Below are positions 1 to 12,269 of a stretch of DNA of 64,000 nt, piece after piece (within the stretch, counting starts at the first letter, position 1; every line of letters begins with the position of its first letter). The notes under the pieces were generated by a model, which saw nothing but the letters and a program-made list of their open reading frames with translations, was not told the origin of the DNA and searched no databases. Source of the DNA: Octopus sinensis (Eukaryota); contig NC_043000.1 in assembly GCF_006345805.1 (NCBI RefSeq), positions 41,850,001 to 41,914,000 of the forward strand, written 5' to 3'. Made by a program: the position numbers and the translations under genes.

Positions 1-388
1 CTCATGTATCGTTTGCTGTAGAAACTATAATGAAGTCGGTCACAGTAGGTCCTTATCTACCATGCAATTGAGCAAAGGCTGATCGATCTCCGGTTTAGTA
101 ATCTACTGCTTACAATAATGACATAATGAATTCGAGGTGATATTAAGATATCAGGTAAAATATACATACAGATACAGGCCCGTCGCCTGAGTTTGGTGCC
201 TAGGGTGCTTCAAAATATTCTGGGTAAGCACTTCGAAATAAGTGTATCACTGTAAATCATAGGACGCACAGTTGAATAGGGAAAGGACAGTGCCATTCGG
301 TGCACACGGTCAGCGACGTGCATGTACAGATATATAGTTATTGACATGTAGAGTAGGGTCAGGTTGTACAGTCTAGCAATATCAACTT

Positions 389-626
389 AAGGCGGCGAGC
401 TGGCAGAATCGTTAGCACGTCGGGCGAAATGCTTTGCGGTATTTCGGCTGCCGTTACGTTGTGAGTTCAAATTCCGCCGAGGTCGACTTTGCCTTTCATC
501 CTTTCGGGATCGATAAATTAAGTACCAGTTACGCACTGGTGTCGATGTAATCGACTTAATCCGTTTGTCTGTCCTTGTTTGTCCCCTCTGTGTTTAGCCC
601 CTTGTGGGTAGTAAAGAAATAGGTAT
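389..626 (+). mobile_element. tRNA-derived SINE, family A (GGCGGCGAGCTGGCAGAATCGTTAGC head)
   Basis: A-box-like TGGCAGAATCG and B-box-like GAGTTCAAATTCC, then a body (gtcgactttgcctttcatcctttcggg...aagtaccag) that recurs many times in this window. Confidence 0.85.
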
Positions 627-776
627 GGGAATACTGAGCAGATGCCTGTGGGACGCACGTGTCTAGAGGCTGAAAACTAGACTTTATATATTGCAGTTGG
701 GTATGGTGGGGTTCCAGTGCGTTGCTTTATTAGAGGCTTATAATGTTAAGACAACATTATATATATATATATATAT

Positions 777-827
<51 letters not shown>

Positions 828-964
828 ACACTCTCGTTGAGGACGATTTATGTGTGTTTTTGGCCGAAAGACCTGCACAAGTGATTTGTTTATAGTAATC
901 AAATATATGTCCGGTACATTACCTCAATTTCTCCATCAGATCGTCGTTACCTGAGCAGATGCAC

Positions 965-1064
965 GCTGAATTGTTTTGCTCAAGAACACAACGCAACATC
1001 TGGTCTAGGAAATGAACCCACGATCTTTGCGGCAGTGAGTGCAGCACCATAACCACTTAGCCAT
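965..1064 (-). mobile_element. SINE head fragment (tRNA-like head plus CORE-like segment)
   Basis: Minus strand reads TGGCTAAGTGGTTA...GGGTTCATTTCC...gtgttcttgagcaaaaca: A box, B box and CORE-like motif. Confidence 0.5.
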
Positions 1065-1097
1065 ATATATACATATATATGTATATATATATATATA

Positions 1098-1260
1098 TCT
1101 CTATATATAAAACTGAAATGCGTTTTTACCGCTTGGTTCGCTTTCAATGCCACTACATCCCGTCCGATTCGCTCCAAAATTTACAGGGACATGTAGAATG
1201 AGGTGACGATGCGCGTGGGCTACCTTAGAAATCCCTATCTTAAAAGGTGTGGTTGCTAGG
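1098..1260 (+). mobile_element. Helitron 5' fragment
   Basis: A|TCTCTATATATAAAAC start like the other Helitron 5' ends here, followed by ccgattcgctccaaaattt. No 3' hairpin or CTAG found. Confidence 0.35.
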
Positions 1261-1502
1261 GGCCATCTTCCTCACTCACCCTACTTCCTCCAGTACTCTC
1301 TCACTCCTTTTCATAACTTTCAGAAGTCCACTACGGTTATTTAAAGTATCTGTCACTATCGCTATTTCCTTTCTTTTTCACTGACTCTGTTTCCTACCTT
1401 CCTATCACTTCGGCGGCTTTCTTTTAAGTATATGTCTGTCACCAACAAACAACACACGAGCATGAGAACAAATATTATGAATCAGATATTCTTGCGTTCA
1501 TT

Positions 1503-1508
<6 letters not shown>

Positions 1509-1533
<25 letters not shown>

Positions 1534-1708
1534 TCTATATATAAATATGTATATATAATGTATGTGTGTGTGTGTGTGTGTTCTATATATAAATATGTAT
1601 ATATAATGTATGTGTGTGTGTGTGTTCTATATATAAATATGTATATATAATGTATGTGTGTGTGTGTGTATGTTCTATATATAAATATGTATATATAATG
1701 TATATATA
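1509..1708. repeat. Compound tandem repeat, 4 copies of (GT)n-TTCTATATATAAATATGTATATATAATGTA
   Basis: Identical AT-rich block repeated four times, separated by (GT)n tracts of variable length. Confidence 0.85.
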
Positions 1709-1816
1709 CAAAGTGAATATATCTGTATTTATGTATTTTAAACTTTTTCATACTTTTTCAGTTATATATATTTTTAAACAAATTATAAATATAATTTAAT
1801 AATTTTTTTTTTCAAA

Positions 1817-2311
1817 ATCGCCCGGCGTTGCTCGGGTTTGTAAGGGAAATAACTATATAAGCATTTTTAGTGAGTTATAGCAAAAAAAATAGCAAAAAAT
1901 GCTTTAAAAATGGAATAAAAAAATGATAGTAATTTTTTTTTTTAATCGTTGATTCATCGTAGACATTTTTAGAGAGTTACTTCCCTTATATAATAGCGAA
2001 AAATGCATTAAAATGGAATAAAAAATTATGGTAATTTTTTTTTTTATCGTTGACTCATCGTAGACATTTTTAGAGAGTTACTTCCCTTATATAATAGCGA
2101 AAAATGCATTAAAATGGAATAAAAAAATGATGGTAAATTTTTTTTTAAATCGTAGACTCATCGTAGACGCGCGCTAATACATAGAAGGGCTCGATATGAA
2201 TCACGACTATAAGATACCCGGTTTTGGTTACACTGCACCGCAAAATGTGGGAGTGGTTAGGAATCTAAATCGTAGGAGACAGACACACAACCTTACTTTT
2301 ATATATAAAGA
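1817..2311 (-). mobile_element. Non-autonomous Helitron with internal duplications, terminal CTAG missing
   Basis: Terminator hairpin at the left end (minus CCCGAGCAACGCCGGG) without CTAG; 5' end A|TCTTTATATATAAAAG at 2311. Homologous to 21671-21965 with extra copies of an internal ~120-bp block. Confidence 0.75.
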
Positions 2312-2825
2312 TTTGTGCAACAACTAAAACATTCGGTTGTGCAAATTGTTTGCACAGGAAACCTGCCCTGTGTGGCGGTTTTTGCCGTTTTTGTGGATTT
2401 GTTTCAGCTTTTTTAGCGATTTCTGTTTTGGCCCCTTCAAGCCATGAAGTCGTTGTTCTAAAAGAACGCTGGTCTCCTTCACAACGCATTACGACGTTGA
2501 TTTCCTTACACTTCCTTCCCCACAGCTTCACGAGGAGGGAAGAAGGGGGAGAAGCAAACAGGTGCGTGAGCGGCAGTGAGCGTGGACGCCAACTCCGCCG
2601 CCATCGACCACGAAAAAATATGCATTAAAATGGAATAAAAATGATGTTAAATTATTTAAAACCGTTGACTCAACGTAGACGCGCGCTAATACCCAGACGG
2701 GCTCGATATGAATCACGACTATAAGATACCCGAATTTGGTAAACTGCACCGCAAAATGTGGGAGTAGTTAGGAATCTAAATCGAAGGGGACAGACACTCA
2801 CACAACTACATTTTATATATATAGA
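2312..2825 (-). mobile_element. Helitron unit without its own 3' terminator
   Basis: Homologous to the 2826-3333 and 3334-3841 units over most of its length; 5' TC at 2825-2824 joined directly to the CTAG of the next unit. Confidence 0.7.
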
Positions 2826-3333
2826 CTAGCAGTATCGCCCGCGTTGCTCGGGTTTGTAAGGGAAATAACTATATAAGCATTTTTAGAGAGTACTTCCCTT
2901 ATAAATTCGGGCTTTCTTAGCATTTTTTGTTTTGGTGTCTTCAAGCCATGAAGTCGTTGTTCTAAAAGAACGCTGGTTTCCTTCACAACGCATTACGACG
3001 TTGATTTCTTTACACTCCCTTCCCCACAGCTTCACGAGGGAGGGAAGAAGGGGAGAAAGCAAAACGGTGCAGTTGTGACCGTGGACGCCAACTCCGCCGC
3101 CATCGACACACGATGCATTTTATGCATTAAAATGGAATAAAAAATGATGTTAAATTATTTTTAAAATCGTTGACTCAACGTGGACGCGCGCTAATACCCA
3201 GACGGGCTCGATATGAATCACGACTATAGATACCCGAACTTGGTTTTAAACTGCACCGCAAAATGTGGGAGTAGTTAGGAATCTAAATCGAAGGGGACAG
3301 ACACTCACACAACTACAGTTTTATATATATAGA
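2826..3333 (-). mobile_element. Non-autonomous Helitron, 508-bp unit
   Basis: Minus strand starts TCTATATATATAAAA and ends with a GC hairpin about 12 nt before CTAG. Confidence 0.85.
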
Positions 3334-3841
3334 CTAGCAGTATCGCCCGGCGTTGCTCGGGTTTGTAAGGGAAATAACTATATAAGCATTTTTAGAGAGT
3401 TACTTCCCTTATAAATTCGGGCTTTCTTAGCCATTTTTGTTTTGGTGTCTTCAAGCCATGAAGTCGTTGTTCTAAAAGAACGCTGGTTTCCTTCACAACG
3501 CATTACGACGTTGATTTCTTTACACTCCCTTCCCCACAGCTTCACGAGGAGAGGAAGGGGGAGAAGCAGCAAACAGGTGCAGTTGTGACGTGGACGCCAA
3601 CTCCGCCGCCATCGACACACGATGCATTTTATGCATTAAAATGGAATAAAAAATGATGTGTTAATTATTTTTAAAATCGTAGACTCATCGTTGACGCGCG
3701 CTAATAGTCAGACGGGCTCGATATGAATCACGACTATAAGATACCCGAATTTGGTTAAACTGCACCGCAAAATGTGGGAGGAGTTAGGAATTAAATCGAA
3801 GGGGACAGACACTCACACAACTACAGTTTTATATATATAGA
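3334..3841 (-). mobile_element. Non-autonomous Helitron, second 508-bp unit
   Basis: Near-identical to 2826-3333. 5' TC preceded by host A on the minus strand; 3' hairpin plus CTAG. Confidence 0.85.
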
Positions 3842-4818
3842 TATATTCTATGTTATATTTTTTTTTATGTTTTGTTTTTGGTTTTTCACTCTTTGATTTG
3901 TCTATTAGTGGTTTTATCTCTAATTTAATTTATACAGATATATATCTCATTTGTATGCATTTGTATATATAATGCGTGCACACACACACACAAACATATA
4001 TATATATACACATATATATATAATGTGTGCATTACGTAGGCGGTCGATTCAGCTGAAAATATGCACACCTATGTTAAAGTGCTGACAAGTTTGCATGACA
4101 ACTGTTTTGTTCCTCAAATGAAAGGCGTCACCTCTAGGACAAAATTCCTCATCTTATAAAATGTGGCCCCAGTAGACCCGAATGAAATCGGGTTATATTA
4201 ACTAAAATGTGAAAAGGGGTCTAAATGGGGCTGGAAGGGGATTAAAATTTCAAGGAGCGGGCGTTTAGGAATTCTCTGTTACATCAAGCTAAAAAAATTG
4301 CGCCAGCCTTTTAATCGTCAATGTGTTGCCGTCCATGATAAAGAAGTTTTGAATGCTGCCATGGTGAGTCTACTGTCGTGAGAAAGAATCACTTCAAAAC
4401 TTGGTGTTACGAATTTCTTTTACATCAAGTTCAAAATTTTACGCCAGCCGTTAAACTGTCACTACGTTGGCTGTCGCCAGCCATGGTGACTCTACTATCC
4501 TCAGATTCTATCCTTCAAAACTTTGGTTTCCAATATTTTATTATTTTTATTCAGCTCGCAAGTTCGTCTGTCCCTTTTAAATGTTAGCGTTTTGCTGTCT
4601 GCCTTGAAGCAGACCTTTCCATTGCCACTGCCTCATATTTGATGATGATCTTTCTAAATATTTTATTTCTCAACAAACTCAAGATCTTCTGTTGTTTATA
4701 AATGGGAGAAAGATACATAAAGATAGAGAGTAAGAGAAAGCGAGGGAGAGTCCGAGAGAAAAGAAAAGTAAGAGAGTGGGAAAGTGAGAGAGAACGGAGA
4801 CAGAAACAAATACGGAGA

Positions 4819-5214
4819 ATCATCATCATCATCATCATCATCATCGTTTAACGTCCGTTTTCCGTGCTAGCACGGGTTGGGCAGTGTGACCGGGGTCTCG
4901 GAAGCCAGGAGGCTGCACCAGGCTCCAGTCTGATCTGGCAGTGTTTCTACAGGTGGATGACCTTCCTAACGCCAACCACTCTGTGAGTGTAGTGAGTGCT
5001 CTTTTCGTGCCGCCGTCACTGGTGCCAGGGGGGGCTCGCAGTGGCAACGATCGGTTGGTGCTTTTTACGTGCCACCGGCACAGAAGCAAGTCAAGGCAGT
5101 GCTGCTGCAATCGGCCACGTTCGGATGGTGCTTTTTCGTGCTGAAAAGGAAAGCAGCAACAGAAAGTAAACACCCACACTCTTACCCGCGCGTAGAGCGG
5201 GTCACCTTCAGCTA
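4819..5214 (-). mobile_element. SINE-like element with RTE-type 3' tail and (GAT)n
   Basis: Minus strand ends ...cccgtgctagcacggaaaacggacgttaaac(GAT)n and contains the gaccttcctaacgccaacc motif typical of RTE-tailed SINEs. Confidence 0.6.
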
Positions 5215-5215
5215 G

Positions 5216-5249
<34 letters not shown>

Positions 5250-5345
5250 CAATATATACATACATATATTCATATATATATACATAGATATACACACATA
5301 TATATAGTGTGTATATATATATATGTATATATACTTTTATATATA

Positions 5346-5400
<55 letters not shown>

Positions 5401-5489
5401 GTACTGGTATTAAGAATAAAAGCTGAGTATTTTGTATCGGATGAAACATCATATTTGCTACTGAACATTATGAGTAGCAAGTAGGAACG

Positions 5490-5680
5490 ATGGATTGGCA
5501 AAACCATCGGGAAAGATGCATTGCTATTTTTGCTCTGCCTCCTTACGTTCCGACTTCAATTCTCGCCGAAATCAACTTTGTCTTTCATGCTTCCGGTGCT
5601 GATAAAATATAATGCTAGCTACGTACTGAGGTCAATGCAATCGATCAATTCTCTGTCTAGCCTCGGGCCTAAATTAGAAA
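5490..5680 (+). mobile_element. Degenerate family A SINE
   Basis: ttacgttccgacttcaattctcgccgaaatcaactttgtctttcat matches the family A body. Confidence 0.55.
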
Positions 5681-6059
5681 CAACTAGTCGTACTGTGTCA
5701 CTTCATTACGTTGCATCTCCTACTTCCTCCCACCCACCTCCATCCCACTTCTTACACCCACTCCCACATGCCCCACCTCTACTCCACCCTCAGCCTAACC
5801 CACACCCCACCCTTGCTTTCCCCACTCTCGCCTCCCCCACATCCTAACACCATCACACCACACCACACACCACCACACCACATTACACCATACCACACAA
5901 CACCGCATCGCATCACACCACCACGCACACACTAGCACTGACCACTTCCCAGCCCCACAACATCATCCACACACATACACATGCACACACGCACACGTCA
6001 AGGTCACCAGCTCTCTTCCACACGCACATACATGCTCTCTTATACACATGCACGCGTAC

Positions 6060-6325
6060 CTTCGTTTTGGGATTACCACTACATTATTATTTCCCCCTTT
6101 TCCTAGCTCTCCTGTGTAACCCCTGTATCCGGCATTCACCATGTTAGATCGCTAGCCACAACACATTCTTTATTTCCTCTCCCAGTTTCCTTCTGTGTTC
6201 CTTTCTGAGGAAGAGCGTAGACTCGAAACGTTAAAGTCTTTTTCACTTCCCGAGCGTTAAACTAATACATATGTTTGTTGTCTACACCACCTGTCTTCGT
6301 CTTTTTATTGTGAATCCTCCCCCTA
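6060..6325 (+). mobile_element. Penelope-like element terminal repeat fragment
   Basis: Pyrimidine-rich segment, then a hammerhead motif and a tail homologous to minus-strand copies near 37700 and 56000; Penelope-type ORF remnant about 200 bp downstream. Confidence 0.6.
6201..6236 (+). ncRNA. Minimal type I hammerhead ribozyme motif
   Basis: CTTT-CTGAGGA-A-GAG(cgtaga)CTC-GAAA-CG-T-T-AAAG: stem I CTTT/AAAG, 3-bp stem II, palindromic ACGT stem III, one extra A after the core. Confidence 0.6.
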
Positions 6326-6531
6326 TACACACACACACATACACACATATATATATATAACTACGAAAATAGAAATTGAAAATAGAAAGACGTGGCTTAT
6401 GTCACAGCTGTCTTACTTCTGACTAGTGTTTGAAAAACTTGCTGTATTTTTATAGGGAAATCATGGCCCAAAGTAGGCCGACACAGTTGAATGAACATGT
6501 TTAGTTACAATCAAGGCACTCTGAATTTAAT

Positions 6532-6675
6532 GTGCCCTTTATTACAACACACAACTCAAGAAACACAGAGGTTTACAATATTATCCACCAGAAAATACCA
6601 CTACTAAGACAAGGCCCAAGAATGAAACAAGCATTCGAAATACACAAAATAATCAAAAGTAAAAGACAAAGTCCC
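6532..6675 (+). pseudogene. Penelope-like retroelement ORF remnant (region C-terminal to RT)
   Basis: VPFITTHNSRNTEVYNIIHQKIPLLRQGPRMKQAFEIHKIIKSKRQ resembles the PF(V/I)xTHNPRN...I(I)KSKRQ block of Penelope-like ORFs (from memory of the family). Confidence 0.6.
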
Positions 6676-7525
6676 TCAAAAGATTCCTCTCCAGCGCTAA
6701 ATTACCTTCCGCAATTCCCACATCAACAGTCAAAATTTGTCTTTCGATTGAAATATTTCTAACAAGCCACCCTTATTTATAATTTACACCTATACCGTTT
6801 ATGAAATCAGCCTATGATTTCTACGGTGATCTTATAAGCGGACAAGGCGAGTTGAATTTAACACAAGGCGCCGGTGAGCGCTACTGAGGAACGTTAATGT
6901 CAACGCAAAATCTCTGATGATCTGGCTATGTCCGGTGCTTAGGAAGCTTGTCATCCTTGTCAGTAATTGTGGCTATTAATTGTTTTGACTCTTATTTCTA
7001 GCAATGCTGGTGCTGAATAGCGCCCTTCGTCGCTTTAGTGACGTATATATTTTTGCCTTTCGGTTGAAAAATTGCTAACAAGCCACCATTATTGTGTGTG
7101 CGCGCGTGTGTCTGTGTGTTTGCGTGTGTACATAACATTCATTTGACTTAGGTACTTAAGTTGAGGCAACTAAGTTGGAATACTATACACACACAACAAT
7201 ACAATGTAAATGTCAAGTTTGATACAGTAGTACGGTCAGGATGATATTCCTGTAGTACATACAGCCAATTTGATCCAGCTGAGTATATAATCTGCTCTTG
7301 AGCTTTTGAGACATTTACATTTTATTAAATATACCGTTCATAACATACTTCACAATTTGCGAAGAGCATGTTCCAAGAGAGGTGAATAAAATATAAATAA
7401 CAATTGAAGGACAGGTGTCAATTCGTTATGGCTGTTTCTAATTGATAAATGAGTATATTTTATCATTATAAAAAACCGTTTTCTCCAGATGATTACATGA
7501 ACTTTAGAATCAAGGACATTCCATA

Positions 7526-7572
<47 letters not shown>

Positions 7573-7658
7573 GTGTGTGTGTGGTGTGTGTGTGTGGTGT
7601 GTGTGTGTGTATGTGTCTGTATGTATGTGTATATATTTATATGCAATATATATATGTA

Positions 7659-7707
<49 letters not shown>

Positions 7708-7947
7708 TACATATAAATATATACACACATATACACACATATATATTTATATAAATGTGCGTATGTTTACAACGTTGCTAATTACAAAATGTCACTTAAT
7801 AAATATCATATGAGCTAGTGTATATTATATATATATATATATATATACACACTAGCCCATATAATATATATGACACTTTGTAATTAGCAACATTCTAAAC
7901 ATACATACATATAAATGTGCGTATATGTGTATGTATATATATATATA

Positions 7948-8002
<55 letters not shown>

Positions 8003-8064
8003 TGAATACGTATATCTGTTATATATATATAATATATATATATATATATTATATATATATAATA

Positions 8065-8109
<45 letters not shown>

Positions 8110-8820
8110 CACGCATATAAATATAGTTATGCACATACATATACATATATATATTTATATACATACATGCATACATACATACATACATACATGCATACAT
8201 ACATACATACATACATACATACATACATACATACATACATACATGCGTACATACACGCACACACGTACTTATATACTGTATACGAGATGACATTATATAT
8301 ACTAGATGACATGTATGCGAGGTGACACTGTATATACTAGGTGACATTATATACACCAAATGACATCATAGGTGTGTATAGGTGTCGTTTCTTTTGCTCC
8401 CTTACCTACTATAGTGTATCCATAGCATAAAAACAAGGAGCGTTTTGGTTCATATTTTTATTAAGATGTAGTTTCATTTTCATATCCATTCGATGAAGTT
8501 ACGTTCGACCTGCAAAATGACCACTTTTTACCGAATTTCATCTGATTTTATATAATGTAATATACAATTTCTTTTTAATTTTGTAGAAACATGTTAAAAA
8601 CTACAAAAAAAAAAATAAAATGTGACAACGACAAAAAGAACCAAACTCGTAAGAAATTAAGTTTTGACTGATAACGAAATTTTTACGTACTTTTACTGAT
8701 CTCTGAAAATTTGTAATGCGTTTCATGAATTCATAATTTTGTAATATTTTTGCTAATATATATAAAACAATATATATATGATATGTATGAATGTATGTGT
8801 ATATATATATGTGCCCACAC

Positions 8821-8867
<47 letters not shown>

Positions 8868-8881
8868 TCTATTTTTCCGTT

Positions 8882-9150
8882 AGGCACATGGCTCAGTGGT
8901 TACAGCTTCGGGCTCATAATCATATGGTAGTGAGTTCGATTCCCGCACTGGGAACAAGACATTTCACCTAACTCAAGTTCACACAGCTGTAAAATTAGTT
9001 GAAACGTCACTGGTACCAAACCGTATCGGCCTTTCCCTCGAATAACGTCGGTGAACTGGAGCATTGTGAGATAAAATGTCTTGCTCAAGAACGCATGCAC
9101 AACTCGATCTGGGAATCGGACTCACGCCCTCAAGATTGTAAGCCCAATGT
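8882..9150. mobile_element. Two oppositely oriented tRNA-derived SINE heads
   Basis: Plus: TGGCTCAGTGG A box and GAGTTCGATTCC B box at about 8887-8945. Minus: GAGTCCGATTCC plus CORE-like ttcttgagcaagacatttt at about 9070-9150. Confidence 0.6.
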
Positions 9151-9416
9151 TCTGATGTTAAAAGAAAAAGAATATGGATAGATGATTGACGATAGGAGGG
9201 CGCTGTTCACCACTCCTCACCGCAAGATAGAATCAGGCAGACACACATATATAGACAGTAGAAGGGAGAGGAGGAAATAAACTACTAGAAGGCGATGTAG
9301 GCTCAATGGTAATACCAATAACAACAAAAGCAGTCACAATAACAGTTACAATGCCAATGATAAGCGGTATATGTCAGAAACTGAAACTATATATATATAT
9401 ATATATATAATATATA

Positions 9417-9456
<40 letters not shown>

Positions 9457-9638
9457 ATATTAGGAAATCAATATCAAAACTCCTCAGAAGATATACCCGT
9501 GTGAAAAATGATTTTTGTATTAAAAATAAATAAATAAATAGAAATATGTATAAAAATATATGTAAATATGTATAAGTATAAATATGTAATGTTTATGACA
9601 GTTTAAAGGTTTAAAAGTTTTGAATTAATTAGTTAAAG

Positions 9639-9730
9639 TATCTTACGATCGTTTCGCAGAAGAGTTGTCCCTACAATGAAATCCTATATTGATAAGCATT
9701 TATAGACAACGCTTCTGCTCTTCAGAGATA
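9639..9730 (-). ncRNA. Canonical type I hammerhead ribozyme
   Basis: Minus strand TATCT-CTGAAGA-GCAGAAG-c-GTTGTC-(loop)-GACAAC-t-CTTCTGC-GAAA-CGATCG-TA-AGATA. All core nucleotides intact, 5-bp stem I, 7+6-bp stem II, palindromic ACGATCGT stem III, GUA cleavage triplet. Confidence 0.85.
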
Positions 9731-10267
9731 TAAAATTTGAATTCTGTATAACATATCGAATGGTAGTTTCTTGTTTTTTTAATTTGAAGTAAAACTATAA
9801 AACTGTGTTTGTTTGAAAGATAAATTAAAGATTAAAAATTACTGCTTTTGATTAGAGTCTTTAAATCCATATATACTTCCTTGGTTATTCTTCTTCAATA
9901 ATCCATAATAATCGCTCGTATTAAATATATAAATACTTTAATAGTATTAAAACTTTGCTACAATTAAGCACTCAATATAAATTCAGTATATAATATTCTC
10001 ATTGAATATATTTAACCAAAGAAACTAAAACTATGACAACTGTTCAGCCGCCAAGAGAGTTTTATGGCATCATCACCTTTAAATATATTCTGCGGGCAGA
10101 CATTGGCAAGTTCGCAAGCGCAGCAATCATGAGAAACGAAAAATGATTCGCGATGTATTGAAATAGAGACGAACGTATTGAGAGAGATTTTATTCGATAT
10201 CTTACGAAAAGCAGTCAAACTCTTTGAAACCACATCCTTTTCATAGGAACATATTGTATTAAAAAAT

Positions 10268-10560
10268 ATACTGGCGCTCCATCGGTTACGGCAACATGTG
10301 TTGGAGTTGATCCGGTCAACGGAACAGCCTACTTGTGTAAGTGACTGACTACTCCACGGACACGCGTACCCTTAGCATTTCTTAGGGAGATACAGCATGA
10401 CAAAGCTGGCCCTTTGCATTACAGGTACAATTCATTTTTATCATGTGAGTGAACTGGAGTAACATGAAATAGGTATCTTGCTGAAGGATACAACGCGCCA
10501 CCGGTGATCAAACTGATGACCTAACGCCAGTGAGCCGAATACCCCATCCAGTAAGCAATG
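10268..10560. mobile_element. Interspersed repeat (family C) ending in an inverted CORE-SINE head
   Basis: Right end gaactggagtaacatgaaataggtatcttgctgaagg is a reverse CORE-like motif; the left part is similar to the reverse complement of about 61810-61960. Confidence 0.5.
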
Positions 10561-10581
10561 CGCCTTTACAAATATATACTA

Positions 10582-11028
10582 CTAGCAGCATAGCCCGGCG
10601 TTGCCCGGGTATGTAAGAGCCCCTAGTAGGCAACGACTAATCCCAATCTAGTCCTTTTCCTCTAGGGAACGAAGGCACATGTGTAGGTTGCAATGTCTTC
10701 TCTTCACTCGAATACTTCTGTGTATACGATGTTCCTAGCTGTCCCTTTGGGCAATAAAAAGGTCGAGTTGTGTCCCCTAGACAGAAAATGTGTTGCATAT
10801 AAAAAGCTTAAATTCTCGACCCCATGTCGAATTTATCGATTTTTTTCAGAACTGGAGGAACTTTTCAAAATTTCGCTGCGTTAGTTTTGAATTATGGCTA
10901 TGTGTGTGTCAAGTTTCATCAGAATCGGTTGAAAGCCGTGGTCAGGGTGAGGGTACAAACCTGACAGACACACAGACACACAGAAAGACAAACTGCCGTT
11001 TACATACAGAGAGAAATATACAGAGAGA
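10582..11028 (-). mobile_element. Non-autonomous Helitron, distinct family
   Basis: A|CTAG on plus with hairpin CCCGGGCAACGCCGGG on minus; internal aagtttcatcagaatcgg motif; degenerate 5' end ...actgccgtttacatacagagag...gat. Confidence 0.7.
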
Positions 11029-11687
11029 TATCTGAAAATGAAAGGTCTTTGACATTTGCAGAGAAAAAAAATAGTGTAGATCCTGAAAAGAACCGATTAT
11101 TTCTGACAACGGCGATTGCAACACATGCCTTTATGCTTGTAAGTGCAATTTGAAGGGGTTCTTTTGTGTGGTTGTGGCGGCGGTGGCGGTGGTGATGGTG
11201 GGGGTGAAAGGATTGGTGAAAAACTCTGCCGCAATACGAACACTCGCCGACCAGGAAAAGGACGAGGAAGAGGAGGAGGAGGATAAAGACGACGAATTTC
11301 ATGTCAGAATAAAGCCAAACGCGATGGTCACGACTGAAACGTCTTTCCTAATTGTTTGATCCGAACCCTGTTGACCTACGGCTTGACAATAACATAATCA
11401 TAAGAATAGGGTATTACAACAGGTAAGAGAATGTGTGTAGGTGTGTGTATGAAACACATACGCACACACACACACGCATGCGTGCACACACGCATGCACA
11501 CACAAGCACAGGTACACGCACACATACACAGAAATACACACACATATGGCACCCCAGTGTGGCCGATATATTTACGTATATTCTTTAACTGAAAGACAGA
11601 AACCAATAATATATATGTGTGTGTGTATGTGTGTCTGTGTGTGCGCGCGTGTGCATGTGTGTGTATATGTATGTATATATACATATA

Positions 11688-11768
<81 letters not shown>

Positions 11769-11771
11769 ATG

Positions 11772-11812
<41 letters not shown>

Positions 11813-12222
11813 GCATATATCTACAAACACACACATACGTACATAGGTGAATATACACACATATATCCGAACTAGAAAGACATTTATCTCTGACTAAACA
11901 AATATGTAAATCAATAAGTACAATACTGAAACTTGTATTGGCAACCCGATACAAAAGCAAGACCCGATACAAAAGCAAGGTATAATAAAGTAAAATGACA
12001 ATCAGTTAAGCGTGAAGCTATTGGATATCTATTAATATCTATTACTTCAACGTTAAAAGGAAAATGAAAACCGCCAAAACGAAATACATCTGTGTTTGTG
12101 TGTTCCCATGCATGTACACGTATATGTGTATGTGCGTGTATATTGTGTATACTATATATATATGTGTGTGTGTGTGTGTATGTGATTTGATATGATATGA
12201 TTATATATACATATACATACAT

Positions 12223-12269
<47 letters not shown>

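Noticed and set aside
6736-7088. ~35-bp imperfect direct repeats (ttgtctttcgattgaaa...ctaacaagccacc) about 310 bp apart
   Set aside because: Too short and diverged to support an LTR-like element; no TG..CA ends, PBS or TSD.
7350-8359. Long ORF-track entries rich in YI/HT/CV/MYVC repeats (also 11376-11978, 30307-30891, 33870-34298, 35362-36642, 43040-44782, 60054-60706)
   Set aside because: They are translations of (TA)n, (CA)n, (CATA)n, (GATA)n and trinucleotide microsatellites, open only because the repeats lack stops.
8882-8950. tRNA-like sequence with A and B boxes
   Set aside because: No convincing cloverleaf or acceptor stem; it continues into SINE body, so it is a SINE head and not a tRNA gene.
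11310-11346. GTC-ac-GAC-T-GAAACGTC-TTT half-hammerhead
   Set aside because: No CUGANGA upstream.
11911-12110. Protein-looking stretch FRFGGFHFPFNVEVIDINRY on minus
   Set aside because: No recognisable family or convincing splice pair; contains an 18-bp tandem duplication (11944-11979) and runs into microsatellite.
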